Positions 37,092-47,780 of a stretch of DNA of 64,000 nt are shown here, piece after piece (positions within the stretch are counted from its first letter, which is position 1; every line of letters starts with the position of its first letter). The stretch is from assembly GCA_051362555.1 (NCBI GenBank), contig CM120647.1, positions 19,382,651-19,446,650 on the forward strand, written 5' to 3'. The notes under the pieces are model-generated. The model was not told where the DNA came from. It did not search any database and saw only the letters and a list, made by a program, of their open reading frames with translations. Source of the stretch: Lingula anatina (lineage: Eukaryota; Animalia; Brachiopoda). The position numbers were made by a program, and so were the translations under genes.

Positions 37092-40000
37092 CCCATGATA
37101 CATATCTGTTAAGTAATTAATGTCAATATTTGATCATTTTCGGGAAATCCAAGATGGCCTTCTTTTCCCCATAGGAAAACTGGTGCATTGGATTTTATAG
37201 GCACTTCCAAGGCAAATCAGGGTAATCATGATATTTTGTCAAAATACTTAAGGGTACACACTTGTTACCCACCAGATAGATATCTCAAAGTCCAAAAAGA
37301 ATGTGGGAAATACCGAGAAACAAAATTCATTTTATATTGAACCCAATGTCTCTTTGCCACTAGTTGACTGTACTATTCCTATTTTGAATTGCAGCAATCT
37401 TGAATTTTCTCAAATACGCAAGATGCACCCTTGCTACACACCAGATTTATATAGAGTAAGGTTTATAAGGATGTCAACATGTTTGAACATCAAACGGCTT
37501 TATTTCATGTTGGAATCAATGCCTGAACTGTTCCATTAATTGACACCTATGTGCATTTGAATGATATATTCCTATGACAACTGGCAGTTATCTTGGGTTT
37601 TCTCTGAATAGTACTCAAGGATACATAAACTCTCTACACACACACAGAGTCTTTCATAAGGATAAATAGGATATAAAAACGATCTAAAGTTAACTACATT
37701 TAAATTGTACTCAGTGTATCTCTGGCATTATTTGATTATGTGTATGAATATTCTAATGACAAAAGGCAGACATCTTGAATTTTTTTCAGAATACCCAAAG
37801 ATACACACATGCTACAGACGAGGTATACATCATGGGGGTAATAATAAATGGAATGAAAAATGTAAATTATTTTTAAAACAAACCCATGGTAATGTAATTG
37901 TATAAAGAACCACATGCCTCTCTAGCAGCAATTGAAACACACCCATTAGTATTCCTATGTCAAATTGTAGTTCTCCGAATATCCATGGATGCACACTATT
38001 TACCCACCAGATATATATCATAAGACTAATAAGGATGGGCAAAACTTGATAAGCAAACACAATTTCACCCTGGTAGTAGATGAAAAGCCATGGTTGTGCA
38101 GTTGCAATTCCAGTAGTATTCCTATGGCCAATGACGGCCATCTTGGATTTTCTCAAAATGATTAAATATGCACATTTATTACCTGCTAGATATGCATCAC
38201 ACTGAAAAAATAAACTTAATTTGATAGTGAATTTATGTTTTTCCTAGCTGGCATTAGTTCTAACCCTTTGTAATACTAGAAGAATTCCTATGACATATGG
38301 TGGCCATCTTGGACTTTCTCAAAATGCCCTAGAATACATGTTAGTTACTCACCACATACATATTGTGTGGGTGGAAAGGATGTGGAAAACACTCAGAAAC
38401 AAACTTAATTTGATAGTGGAAAATTAATCTTTCCAGTTACCATTAGTTGAATCCCCCATATACTAGAATTCCTGTGGCACATGGCAGCCATCTTGTACTT
38501 CCCAAAATGCCCAAGAACACTTTGTAGTTCCTCACAACAAACATACGTGGGTAACAGAATTCTGAGAAACAGACGTAATTTGATAGTGGACAACGTATCT
38601 TTCAAGCTGGTATTAGTTGTGCACTAGTATTCCTATGGCTGTTTCTATGGCATATGACAGCCATCTTGGATTTTTTCAAAAAGTCCAAGGGAACTTGTTT
38701 GCTATCTGACATATATGAATAAAATGGGTAATTAGGATGTAGAAAACTCTGAGAAAAAAATCTATTTCATAAAAATCAACATGGGTATGTACATATTTCT
38801 ATAGAATTCCATAAATTGGCGGCCATTTTGGATTTTTTGGCCAAACGGTAATTTTCTTCCGTGGGCTACGGCTCTAATTTGATTTAGTATGTCAAAAGGT
38901 ACCCACATGCAAAATTTGGTGCTTTTATCCGCCGTGTCACGATTTTTTCCTTAAGCCACCGGACTATGAAATGAATTACATAAGTTGTATTGGGTGCAGT
39001 GCATGTACATGGAAAAGATTTATTCCTCAAACTGAAATAATATTTGAGTACTAGTACTAGTAAATGAACGAGAAGACATACAGTCAGGAAGGCAGACAGA
39101 CAGACAGTAGAATGTGTCAATTTACTTGATAAACTTCTCCCTGACAACTGATAACAGATAATATATACACATTCTATAAATGCCACACTGAATGAGCAGC
39201 AAAAATTACCCTATTATACTATGATCAGTGTATTGATATGCTCAGTATGATGTATGTAAATATGACTGCTATAGACATCTAACAACATGATGTGATATCA
39301 CAGACAGTGAACTCTAAAATTATCTATAATGCACCAGGAGCAGCTTCTGCTACTGCATGCTGAGTGAGATGCCTGTGGTATTTCTCTTTCCACCATCTTG
39401 TTTTGCCTTGAGCTCTTTTATGCACTATTAAATGAATAATGCAGGTTCTTTTCACATCTAGTGATACAGTTTTCTGTTTTGCACCAGTTAGATAAACTGA
39501 CAATTTAATTCCCTGGTTAAAACATATTTAACCACCCACTCCCCCTGTGTTCTCCCCTTTGCTAGTACACAGCCAGTTCAATGGATGAATTTTTATTCAT
39601 GCACTGAGGCTTGTGAAAGAGCGTAATACAACCCATAGAGTGTTAGGACCAGTCAAACTGCACTGCTTCGTGTGAAAAGCAGCTCTACACTGTGGGATAC
39701 CCGTCTTATTAATTTTTTTTCCTACCTACCTTTTTTTCTATTTGCAGTACATTCAATGCATGTGAAGATATATGTGTGCCATATAAAAAAATGGGAAAAA
39801 ATATGAATATTAGATGTTCTTTAGTTTAGTTTCTATGTGTAGTTTAGTTGATATTGGATATTGGGAAATTATTGCTACCGCCACATAATTTACTATTTGT
39901 AAATAAGTTTATTTCTTCACATCAGTTACAGTATACCACTTCTAAGTTGTGTCCATTCTTCTTCCCTGCAGGTGACATCTACGTACCAGCCCTGTGGCAA

Positions 40001-43000
40001 GCACCTGTTCTAAATAATGGCCAAAAGTTTCCTGTGATTGTCTTTTCTCATGGTCTTGGTGGTAATAGGACTACGTATACTACGCTGTGTAGTGATCTCG
40101 CCTCACAGGGCTTTGTAGTAGCCGCCATAGAACACAGGTGAGTTTGGAATGATGGATGAATTTTTCACTGGAGGGTTACTCTCTATAGCATAGGTCTTCT
40201 AGGGGTTACAGAAATTGTATACAAGGCTTTTGTACAATTTTGTATTTGCTAGAAGATCTGAGGTAGAGTGTATTATGGGGTCATACAAAAAGTAACATTT
40301 TTCATATCACATGGCACTTACATTTTCCATGTATAATTTTTATTCACTTTTTGGCATGTGTGCATTTTTCATCTCAGTTATATTATTTAATATTTGCATA
40401 ACCCAAGCTCTTCACCAGCCACTTTCAAGATAATTTTTGGATAAAAAAATTTAAATAAATGTTTAACATCTTGTGAGCAGTGGTGGGATATAAATACTCC
40501 AGAAAAGTTTGGTGATGGAATAATAGTAAATGTGCTGAAATAATAATAATAATAACAGTGACAATAATAATCATAATAAGACAATATTAATAATAATCAG
40601 TGAATGAATAAAAAAAAAGTAAAAAGAAAAATGAAACATATTCTATATTGTTGACATACATACACTCTGTATAAATACATTTATTCCAGAGACGGCTCTG
40701 CCTCCATGACCTTTGTGCTCAAATTAATAGAAGAACACCTCCACCACAACCACAAGAACCACCACCACCGCCTCCACAGGGATCACAGCTTCACTGAGGA
40801 GTGGGTGAAATATGAGAGACAGGAGAAAGAAGATGATTTCCATATCAGAAATAAACAGGTACTTGTAAGAAATGCAAAGTGAAAGTAACTTGTGTAAGGA
40901 AAGAAGGAAAAGATTAGATAAAAACTGAAAGTACCTTTAGCTTCACTGAGGTGTGAGTGAAATATGAGAGACAGGAGAAAGAAGATGATTACTATATCAG
41001 AAATAAACAGGTACTTGTAAGAAATGCAAAGTGAAAGTAACTCAGGTAAGAAAAAGTAGATAAAATGTGAAAGCAAACTTCAGTTTTATGGGTTAGAGCA
41101 TGATATATCAGAAATGGGAGAAGGAATTAAGACTATTTCTTTACAAAAAATGAACAGGTAAGATATGGAAAGTGAAAATAACATCAGATAGTGAAAACTT
41201 AGATATTAATATATCTGAAAGTGAATTTTAGCCTCACCAGATGAAATGTGAAAGACATGAGAAAAAAGATAATTTAATATACATATCTGTATATTCTAGT
41301 TGTACCACAGGATACAGGAGTGTTCACAGGTGGTAGATCTACTGGAGTCTGTGGAGCGTGGAGAAGAAACACATTCTGTGCTGGGAATTCACTGGGATAT
41401 CACACAACTTCAGGTACACTCGCATTGTGCTGTATCACAACAAACGCAATCTATAGGCACAACAAACACAATCAAATGGTGCAGCAAACACAATCAGGTG
41501 TCACAACAAACACAGTGTGGCAGACTCTTATCTTAGAATTACACTAATATATAACTTACTGCTACAGGGCAAATCACATTTAAAAAACTTTTTAAAGATG
41601 ATTGAGGTGGTACAATAAACACTATATAATGTGCTCATATTTTAAAAACATTTGAATTTCCCATTCAACAATTTAGTGGTAAGGCATGTAATATAAAACA
41701 AAAACAAGTATCACATAAAACACAATGTAGTGAATCCTGTTTGAGGACATCTTGGGAAATCTCACAAGTACAGGTCTAGCCTCAGTGGGTGCATTTAGAC
41801 ACACATTACTTGGTCAGCCATCATACCTAACAGAATCTAGTGTTCCATCCAACACAATTGAATGTCACACCAAGCACAATCTAGTGTTCCATCTAACACA
41901 ATCTAATGTCACACCTAACACAATCAGCTGTCCAACCTTCCTTTTTTGGTTCCAAACTATACATGGTGTATATTCATCCTTGTTATTATTGAACGGATGG
42001 AAACCAGGGACATTTATAGTATCTGTGTCATTGCAGGGGAAGCTGGATCTTTCTCGATTAGCAGTGATGGGACATTCGTTTGGAGGTGCCACTTGTATAG
42101 CATCAGCAGCAAAAGATAAAAGGTTTAGGTAGGTACATTTAACAGCAAGGGACACAATTACATATTTATTTAAGAGCAGTGCTTTAAAAATCAGTTAGGA
42201 ACAAAGACAAGTGTTTCTCTTTCAAATTTTCATCAAAAATAATAATAATGTATCTGAACACAGTAACAAATTTGGTTGTAAAATTCAGTTTCTGTTTTTT
42301 TCTTCAATCAACAGCTGATATTGAAATTGTTGACCTCTAATATCAGACATCAAAATATTGGAAGTAAACAAATTCAATATTCCCCATTGTTTTCTCACAG
42401 GCTGTCCGTGGCTCTTGACACTTGGATGCTTCCATTAGAAGAGAACATTTATAAAGATGTGACGCAGCCGGTTCTCTTGGTGAATACAGAAATATTCCAG
42501 TGGAAGGAGAACGTGAAAAGCATGTTTTATTTGCAGTCAATTAATCCTTCAGACACAATTATCATCACAGTAAAGTAAGTACTTGATGTGTAAATGATTA
42601 TTAATGTGCAGCTTTGAAAATCCTGGATTTAAGTGTTGAATTTTGTAAGCATTATATTGTTAGGTATTCAAAAAGGTATTATAAATGCTCACTTTCAAGG
42701 TGTAAGTGTGTAGTAGTACAAGATTGCAGTCACATTAAAAAGCTTACACAGCCTTTAATTCATAGTTTTCAAAGTTAAACCTTTTTATGTACAAGTCTAC
42801 CTGGAGAGATAAACTTATTATCAGTCTGTTTGATATTTTATATACAAATATCCCTGGTGGTCAATGTGAATTATATGTTGATTTATTATTGAGATTGTTC
42901 TGTAAATATCTGTCATTCAAAATCATAATGGTGATTCAAAAATAGTTTTGGAAAATAAGCAGTATAAGCTATTATAATGTTGCTACGTGAGCAAGAAGCT

Positions 43001-43592
43001 ACAGATGCTTTTAAAAAGTGGTTCAACTTCTTCATCAGTCACATCTGTGATTTTTCATCTTATAGGGGTACGTGCCATCAGAGTCAGACGGATTTTCAGT
43101 TTGTTGTGAACGCTGCACTGGGCAGGTTCTTTGAGCTGCGGCACACTTTGGATCCTTACATTGCCATGGAGATAAACAGCAAGTCTTCTCTAGGGTTTCT
43201 ATGGAAACATCTCAGTAAGTGGTATTTTAGACAGGGGATACTGGGGTTGAGATTATCATATAGTCCTTCTTAACTGGTTGTAATTCATTTAAGTTGATAC
43301 AATTTTATGACAAGGTTAAGTCAAAAGTTTATAAATGGAGTTACATTACAAATTCTAATATTTTTCATTAAAAAAAGATGAATAAAGAAAAGATAAAGAA
43401 TTAGAAGAAATTAAAGCAGTGTTCGCGACCTATAAGTTATCACTTTAGTAACTGATCAAAGAAAAATGGGAAGGAGAGTTTAATTTATGATGATATATTT
43501 TTTCAGACATTCCTGCAGAGACATATTATGAAGATATCCTCTCTGGAAACCATGATCTTGTGATAAAAGGTACCAATCTCAAACTCAGTTGA
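21930..43592 (+). CDS. PAFAH2: Platelet-activating factor acetylhydrolase (PLA2G7/PAFAH2 family), 9 exons, 404 aa
   Basis: Exons 21930-22079, 31918-32032, 39972-40137, 40690-40858, 41300-41413, 42037-42128, 42401-42574, 43066-43214, 43507-43592 total 1215 nt in frame, all GT-AG. Motifs [34 protein letters not shown], catalytic [21 protein letters not shown]. No signal peptide. Orthology to PAFAH2 versus PLA2G7 is not resolved. Confidence 0.93.
22162..22460 (+). repeat. 5' LTR (TGTTG...CTTTA)
   Basis: No differences seen by eye versus 28977-29275; the ORF track gives identical translations in both copies. Confidence 0.93.
22462..22474 (+). other. Primer-binding site TGGCGACGAGGAT, complementary to the 3' end of tRNA-Ser(GCT)
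   Basis: Lies 1 nt after the 5' LTR. It is the reverse complement of ...ATCCTCGTCG-CCA, the 3' end of metazoan tRNA-Ser(GCT) as recalled. Confidence 0.8.
23208..24830 (+). CDS. Gag (N-terminal part), truncated by the inverted duplication
   Basis: First ATG at 23208. Capsid-like [12 protein letters not shown]...LEGNALDYY...[14 protein letters not shown] and zinc knuckle [14 protein letters not shown] (CX2CX4HX4C). The frame runs into the inverted arm and stops at 24830. Confidence 0.85.
   Translation: MDDRRKWRSPASMYTNATTLSHAKLEENESSREQLSNTHLEKHISENFAKLLQLRKTLSELKKERARLASTEKSDEGAMASVPKFDSKSVRRERLSSKCQSETGHFRLNSQKHLKPSSEILSELKSRLSSHACSSNEEQDTSRSRCHFKTELHAAKTPYSSANNDIQGAYSHSEAACFRSSGDEENLSTNCPRSCLNPRRITSSSEEECEWDSKLTSKDHFTHSLKHPAPLQKPSSCKFKKFKKNSNFSREERGNPSDLPNSLKYDGKSNWQSFKQKFESYKEVYGWSDIQSKDYLTWSLEGNALDYYTRLTKSGKDFSYLEILQKLETRFSDEVLPEIARVEFQHSYQQPNESLGDWAARVLSLAMSAYVDLPESFSNKEAITQFCLGCSDWEAGKYACLELPNSIEAAINKVKYYQHVSLLFENRKKESVKSAEVPPVHNLEKVVETVLKLATPILSRRQTCFFCHSPDHFKRDCEKHKIWLKKNKENALRNFTQPHQPNSHVATRMDVHVNSISEITNPLMLLTCTSIRVATWLLGW
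24010..25521. repeat. 750-bp inverted repeat (arms 24010-24759 and 24772-25521, 12-nt loop) within gag
   Basis: Positions pair symmetrically (sum 49531). The ORF track shows the same gag peptide on the - strand (24701-25630). No mismatch seen. Confidence 0.95.
25526..26449 (+). CDS. Gag C-terminus plus retropepsin-like aspartic protease (original continuation of the gag ORF)
   Basis: [14 protein letters not shown] active site and MILGHDVL motif. Deleting 24777-25618 (842 bp) fuses it in frame with 23208-24776 into a 799-aa ORF. Confidence 0.85.
   Translation, partial: RNFTQPHQPNSHVATRMDVHVNSISEITNPLESNHKIGNPVPQLSTNACNISIQTSESELDLLGAVTKTPNPAERARKKPINKRDQNLTPKTQIHQTVASNSYVKLKLGGLPIHARVDTGSEVTILSTKVYEKLKRKPSILGDVAMSLASDNAVLKGYFINSLKMKLGSSTFQTQYIAPIHDEMILGHDVLQNLGVIIDIEAGTLVVRGEMIKVREISNKDQKSIIARVGLSDCENHRFNSVSNFEFSSGNSIDQIKKVKGYQVCLKSYMIKPTSQVKIKIENPSILAKNLYLLMTNSWLVKLCLIK
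28959..28976 (+). other. Polypurine tract
   Basis: aaataaagaggggaggag immediately precedes the 3' LTR. Confidence 0.85.
28977..29275 (+). repeat. 3' LTR
   Basis: Copy of 22162-22460, followed by the TSD GTAA. Confidence 0.93.
32126..32645. mobile_element. MITE with 14-bp TIRs CAGGGCCGTAGCCT/AGGCTACGGCCCTG (hAT-like)
   Basis: Perfect TIRs, G/C-run subtermini, inserted in a TA run (tatatat on both sides). Confidence 0.8.
34939..35100. repeat. Compound (CT)n/(CA)n microsatellite
   Basis: Direct inspection. Confidence 0.9.
35457..35675. mobile_element. Palindromic MITE, same family as 14058
   Basis: tttcccagagatttagatcgatcta...tagatcgatctaagaatctatggaaa inverted ends; core nearly identical to 14090-14250. 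Confidence 0.7.
36279..38966. mobile_element. Non-autonomous Academ-like DNA transposon with long TIRs (foldback-like)
   Basis: Ends TAGTCCAGTGGCTTAAG / CTTAAGCCACCGGACTA. 3-bp TSD TGA (36276-36278, 38967-38969). More than 300 bp of inverted similarity. Internal subrepeats carry (c)caagatggc in mirror orientation. TAG..CTA ends with a 3-bp TSD fit Academ. Confidence 0.8.
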
Positions 43593-44488
43593 GCAGAAGT
43601 TCTTCCTTCCTTCCCATCATGCCATGCCTGCTCAAGATGATCTGGTGGCTAAGCAGATATACTGTCAAGAACTTGACTATGTGTGTTTGAGAATCAGATT
43701 GTGTGAGATTTGACAGCAGATAAGTCTTGATGTGAAAAAATCTGCAGTAATTCACTGAATAATTTGAACTAGATCAACTATGTTTATTTTCAAGACTGAC
43801 AGACTCAGTGAAAGACTTGCTGAGCTTACCAACTGGCTAAATAGTTTGATCAAGTTATCATATGTCTCCATCAAGACAAAATTTATTTGATCTGAATAAT
43901 TGAGCAGTTCAAATAATTCAGTCCATCTTTTGATATTGGAAAGTTGCTAAGCTCCAGCAATTATCTCGGAAGAAATCAAGACAGTAACTGGGTAACATAT
44001 ACTGCTGTTTCTTGCTCAAAAAGACTAGTGACACTGAACCAGAAGAGAAATGAAAAGTGTGATCATATTGTGAAGGAGCACCCAGTGTGTTAGGTGTGAC
44101 AGCTATTGTGCTGGGTGAGATTGAATAGCCACACACAGCAGACTGACATGCTTTGGCAAAATCAGAAAAGCAGGGATTCACACAAAAATATACCGTTGTT
44201 TTATCACTTTAAGGAATAGCTTTTGGTATCAGGATGTGCCTTAATGAAGAAAAATTTGCCAAACACACAGATATAGAAAACTAAAGTGTGATAATATACA
44301 TGTAACAGTAGACAAAACCGTTATAATATTTTATATATTGATACTTTTGTATCATTTTTCTAGCTTTTTTTGCCAACACACTCAAAAACTTTTTATTTGT
44401 AACTCACTGAGAAATTGTTTTTGATGCTTGTGGATATGTACAGCTTTTTATTTTGATTATTTGTTAATTTTAATTTTTTTATTTTTAT

Positions 44489-44534
<46 letters not shown>

Positions 44535-46949
44535 TTGCTGTAACAGCTGCTCTTTCTACCTGTGTTGATATGGTGTTATTTGAAGTAGTGGTTTTTATGT
44601 CATGCTTGGTTTTAATGGCTTTTAAGGGCATTAATAGTTTGTGAAATAAGTTTTTGAAAATAGCATCTGTGCTTTATCAAGTATTTTAATAGAAATTGTG
44701 ATATGCGCTCTCTTTTAATTTAGACTCAAGTTTTCTTTGTTTGGTTGTTGTATTCACAAACCCTTCATTTTACATACATGTACAACATGTAGTTGTGTTT
44801 TATCTTTTTGTGGCTAAATGCAATGTTTGAAAATAAAAAAAGTGATGAATTTCAGCTAAAGTGGTTAAGCATTCATTTGGCTGGCTATGGCATTGAAACA
44901 GTGTAATTTTATTTTAGCACTTTATATATATATTGTATTGAAACTGTTTTTCATGTATTTGCATTTCCCTTCAGATTTTATTCATCTTAAAAGATACTTA
45001 GTCATCTTTCAGACACAGTTACTGTGATACAGAATATTAACGATCTGGATGATGTGTTATATTTGAAGAGTGTTATCCTCTGATTGGGTACATTAGGATG
45101 ATTAAGGTCATGACCTTGTTAAGATTCTTGCCTTGTGGCAATTTAATTTTTTGTAACCTTGGAAAAACTCAGTTTTGAAAAAGAAAAGACATCATTCTCA
45201 GGGCACATGTAGATATAGTTTAGTTCAGGATTTCTCAACTTGGTAAGGTGATGTCGATAAGAGTTAATCTTAGGAAAAAATTGAGTTGATTAAGATAAAA
45301 TTAATTACAAGAGAATTTAGTGAAAATTGAGGATAAAATAGCAATGATAGAATGCAAAAATCGTACTCATTAGAATTTTATTTAGAAAATGTATTTCTAA
45401 ATAATTGAAGATATTTAGCTGTAATATGGGCTTTTAGTCCACGTCAGAATATGTATACGATCTCAATTTGGCTTGTACTCCAAGTAGCGCAAATCAATGC
45501 AATGTTATATGTTTAATTAAACCTTTCTTTATAACTCGCATATTTTGATTTTATGATAGTATTACATATTAAAAGATCGGGCTTCCTAATACATGTACAG
45601 CTTCCAGTATGACGTGCCGATAAAAACGTGACTGATTTTGTGGTAATTATTTACAAGTTTCAGAACATATAATAATTCAACATGTAGTCTATGTATATCT
45701 TCAATAATTCTGAATAAACCAGCTTGTTCATTTCATTTTGCCAACAGCGTTGCCAATATTTTCTGCTTGCGTATTAATTGGGCCTATGTATTTTAATTGT
45801 TTTGTTAAATGAAAATGGGGAGGGAGTAAAGTTGGAAAATAAATAAATTGAATGGAAGAAAAAAAATTAACTCGTACTACACGATGCATAATGTTTGGAA
45901 GATACATCCCAAGTGTCAGAGAGAACTAAAAACGCGGTCGTCTCTTTAATCGAAATGCCTCTACTGTTTCTGTCACGTACCTCAGTGCAAATCAGAAGTT
46001 TTGCCTTTCAAAGTAGGCCCGCTAAGAATTCTAGTAGGCCTATTTTTTCATTTGACAGAGAGATCATTCTTCAGGTCATATTTTATCCTGTGCGATCTTA
46101 AAATGTTGCTCTCGGAGAAATAAATCAATTTATGAAAACGGGAAGTCTACGTGGACGGGTAGGTGCCCAGTGCGTTTGATACTCAGTCAAAGCCCCTCGA
46201 CTAGTGCTGTCGTATTCACCATGAGCTGAGATGATTTTTGCTCCCTTTTCCCCTCAAAAACAAACAACCACTACACTAGATGCATCAACACTTCTTATAA
46301 ACAAATAAAGAAGAAAAGGAAAATATACAAAAGCCGTAAAAAGATCAAATCCGTATTGTTGTTCATATCATGGAAACTGAGGCGAAATATCAATGCAAGA
46401 TGGCGGTTCGTCAGCTTCTTCGAGACAAGAGTTATCTTTATGGGCCGATTTCTCCATCAGAACTTACCTTTTACCGACTACTCATAATACATCGGCTCTT
46501 ACAATATAGACCTCCAATTCTTTGTAGTTTTCATGACATATCAAATCGCATAAAAACAGTGAATTAATAATTTTATTCATAACAACATTGAGCGGGCGTA
46601 GCCGTGAAGTGTGTTTCTTGCGTTACTTATAAATGAGAATTAAATCTTTGAAAAACTCTCTGGATGTTTGTAATGATTACGCTATAAAAGCTGTGAATGT
46701 AGTTTTTCGTATTAATGAAGCGTATAGTTCTTTTGACCTCTGTTTACTGCATTATGCACTATTTAATTGAAGGATAATCGAAAACCTCTCATAATATGAT
46801 CTTTACTTTTCAGTTTTATGTAGAAATTTACTGGCAGCATTGCTTCAAAACTTGTCAGAATACAAAGAAATATATCTACTTTTCTAAAGCACGTGCATTA
46901 GTGTGGCGCGTGCTTATTTTGTAAGAGAAATACACGCTTTAATACCACA

Positions 46950-47050
46950 AACAAACACACATCGTCATTTAACGCGTCCTCATGTTGATTTTCTCCTGGG
47001 TCAGGCGTGGTGTGTTCTCACAGGTCCGCGCTCAGGCTCTAAATTTAGGC
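46950..47050 (+). promoter_or_regulatory. Histone H1 promoter elements
   Basis: H1 box AAACACA (46953-46959), GC-box-like aggcgtgg, H4-site-like AGGTCCG (47022-47028) and TATA-like tctaaattta upstream of the ATG. Confidence 0.65.
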
Positions 47051-47130
47051 GCATTAACTGGAGCGCCATTCAACTTTTACTACGTTAGCAGTAAGAAGTG
47101 CAGACAACCTACGATTCATTAAGTCAAGAA

Positions 47131-47709
47131 ATGGCCGACTCCGCCGCACCAGCACCTGCGAAAAAGGCTTCCAAGGCAAAGCCGAAGGGGCCAGCAACTC
47201 ACCCTCCGGTAGCCGAGATGGTTAACGCCGCAATCGCCGCGTTGAAAGAGCGCGGGGGTTCTTCTCTCCAGGCAATTAAGAAGTACGTTTCTGCTCACTA
47301 CAAAGTGGACATGGTCAGAATCGCCCCGTTTATCAAGAAGTACCTGAAGAGCGCCGCAGCCGACGGCAAGCTCGTGCAGACCAAGGGGAAAGGGGCCGCC
47401 GGTTCATTCAAACTGGGAGCTGCCGCGAAGAAGCCAGCCGCTGCCAAGGTCAAGAAGCCCAAGGTTGCCAAAAAACCTAAGGCTGAGAAAGCAAAGAAAG
47501 TCAAGAAGGTCAAGACGCCGAAAAAGGCCGCTAAGAAACCAGCGGGTGAGAAGAAGGCAGCTAAGGTGAAGAAGGCCAAGTCTCCAAAGAAAGCCAAGGC
47601 TGCAAAACCCAAGTCTACCCCAAAGAAGGCAAAGTCCCCCAAAAAAGCTGCCAAGAAGGCCGCTAAACCGAAGGCGAAGAAGTCTCCCAAAAAAGCTGCC
47701 AAGAAGTAA
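47131..47709 (+). CDS. H1: Histone H1 (linker histone), intronless, 192 aa
   Basis: ATG at 47131 (the ORF track starts at an upstream GTG). Winged-helix [29 protein letters not shown]...[13 protein letters not shown] and K/A/P-rich tail with SPKK/TPKK motifs. Confidence 0.97.
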   Translation: MADSAAPAPAKKASKAKPKGPATHPPVAEMVNAAIAALKERGGSSLQAIKKYVSAHYKVDMVRIAPFIKKYLKSAAADGKLVQTKGKGAAGSFKLGAAAKKPAAAKVKKPKVAKKPKAEKAKKVKKVKTPKKAAKKPAGEKKAAKVKKAKSPKKAKAAKPKSTPKKAKSPKKAAKKAAKPKAKKSPKKAAKK

Positions 47710-47735
47710 TCCTGCGGTGTTCAAATTGTCTTTGA

Positions 47736-47780
47736 ACAAAGGTCCTTTTCAGGACCACCCAAATATCCCAGAAAAGCTAG
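47736..47780 (+). terminator. Histone 3' stem-loop and purine-rich downstream element
   Basis: acaaa-GGTCCT-TTTC-AGGACC-accca at 47736-47761, followed by cagaaaagct at ~47769-47778. Confidence 0.92.

Noticed and set aside
41430-41930. ~22-bp acacaatc-type imperfect tandem repeats in PAF-AH intron 5 (similar at 20335-20425); 63-bp dimer at ~57455-57585
   Set aside because: Ordinary degenerate minisatellites. The overlapping ORF extensions are intronic.
46370-46567. Short ORF with a YY1-like aagatggcgg upstream of H1
   Set aside because: No homology or splice model; probably repeat-derived or regulatory sequence.
47298-47739. Hydrophobic minus-strand ORFs over H1
   Set aside because: Antisense shadows of Lys/Ala-rich codons.
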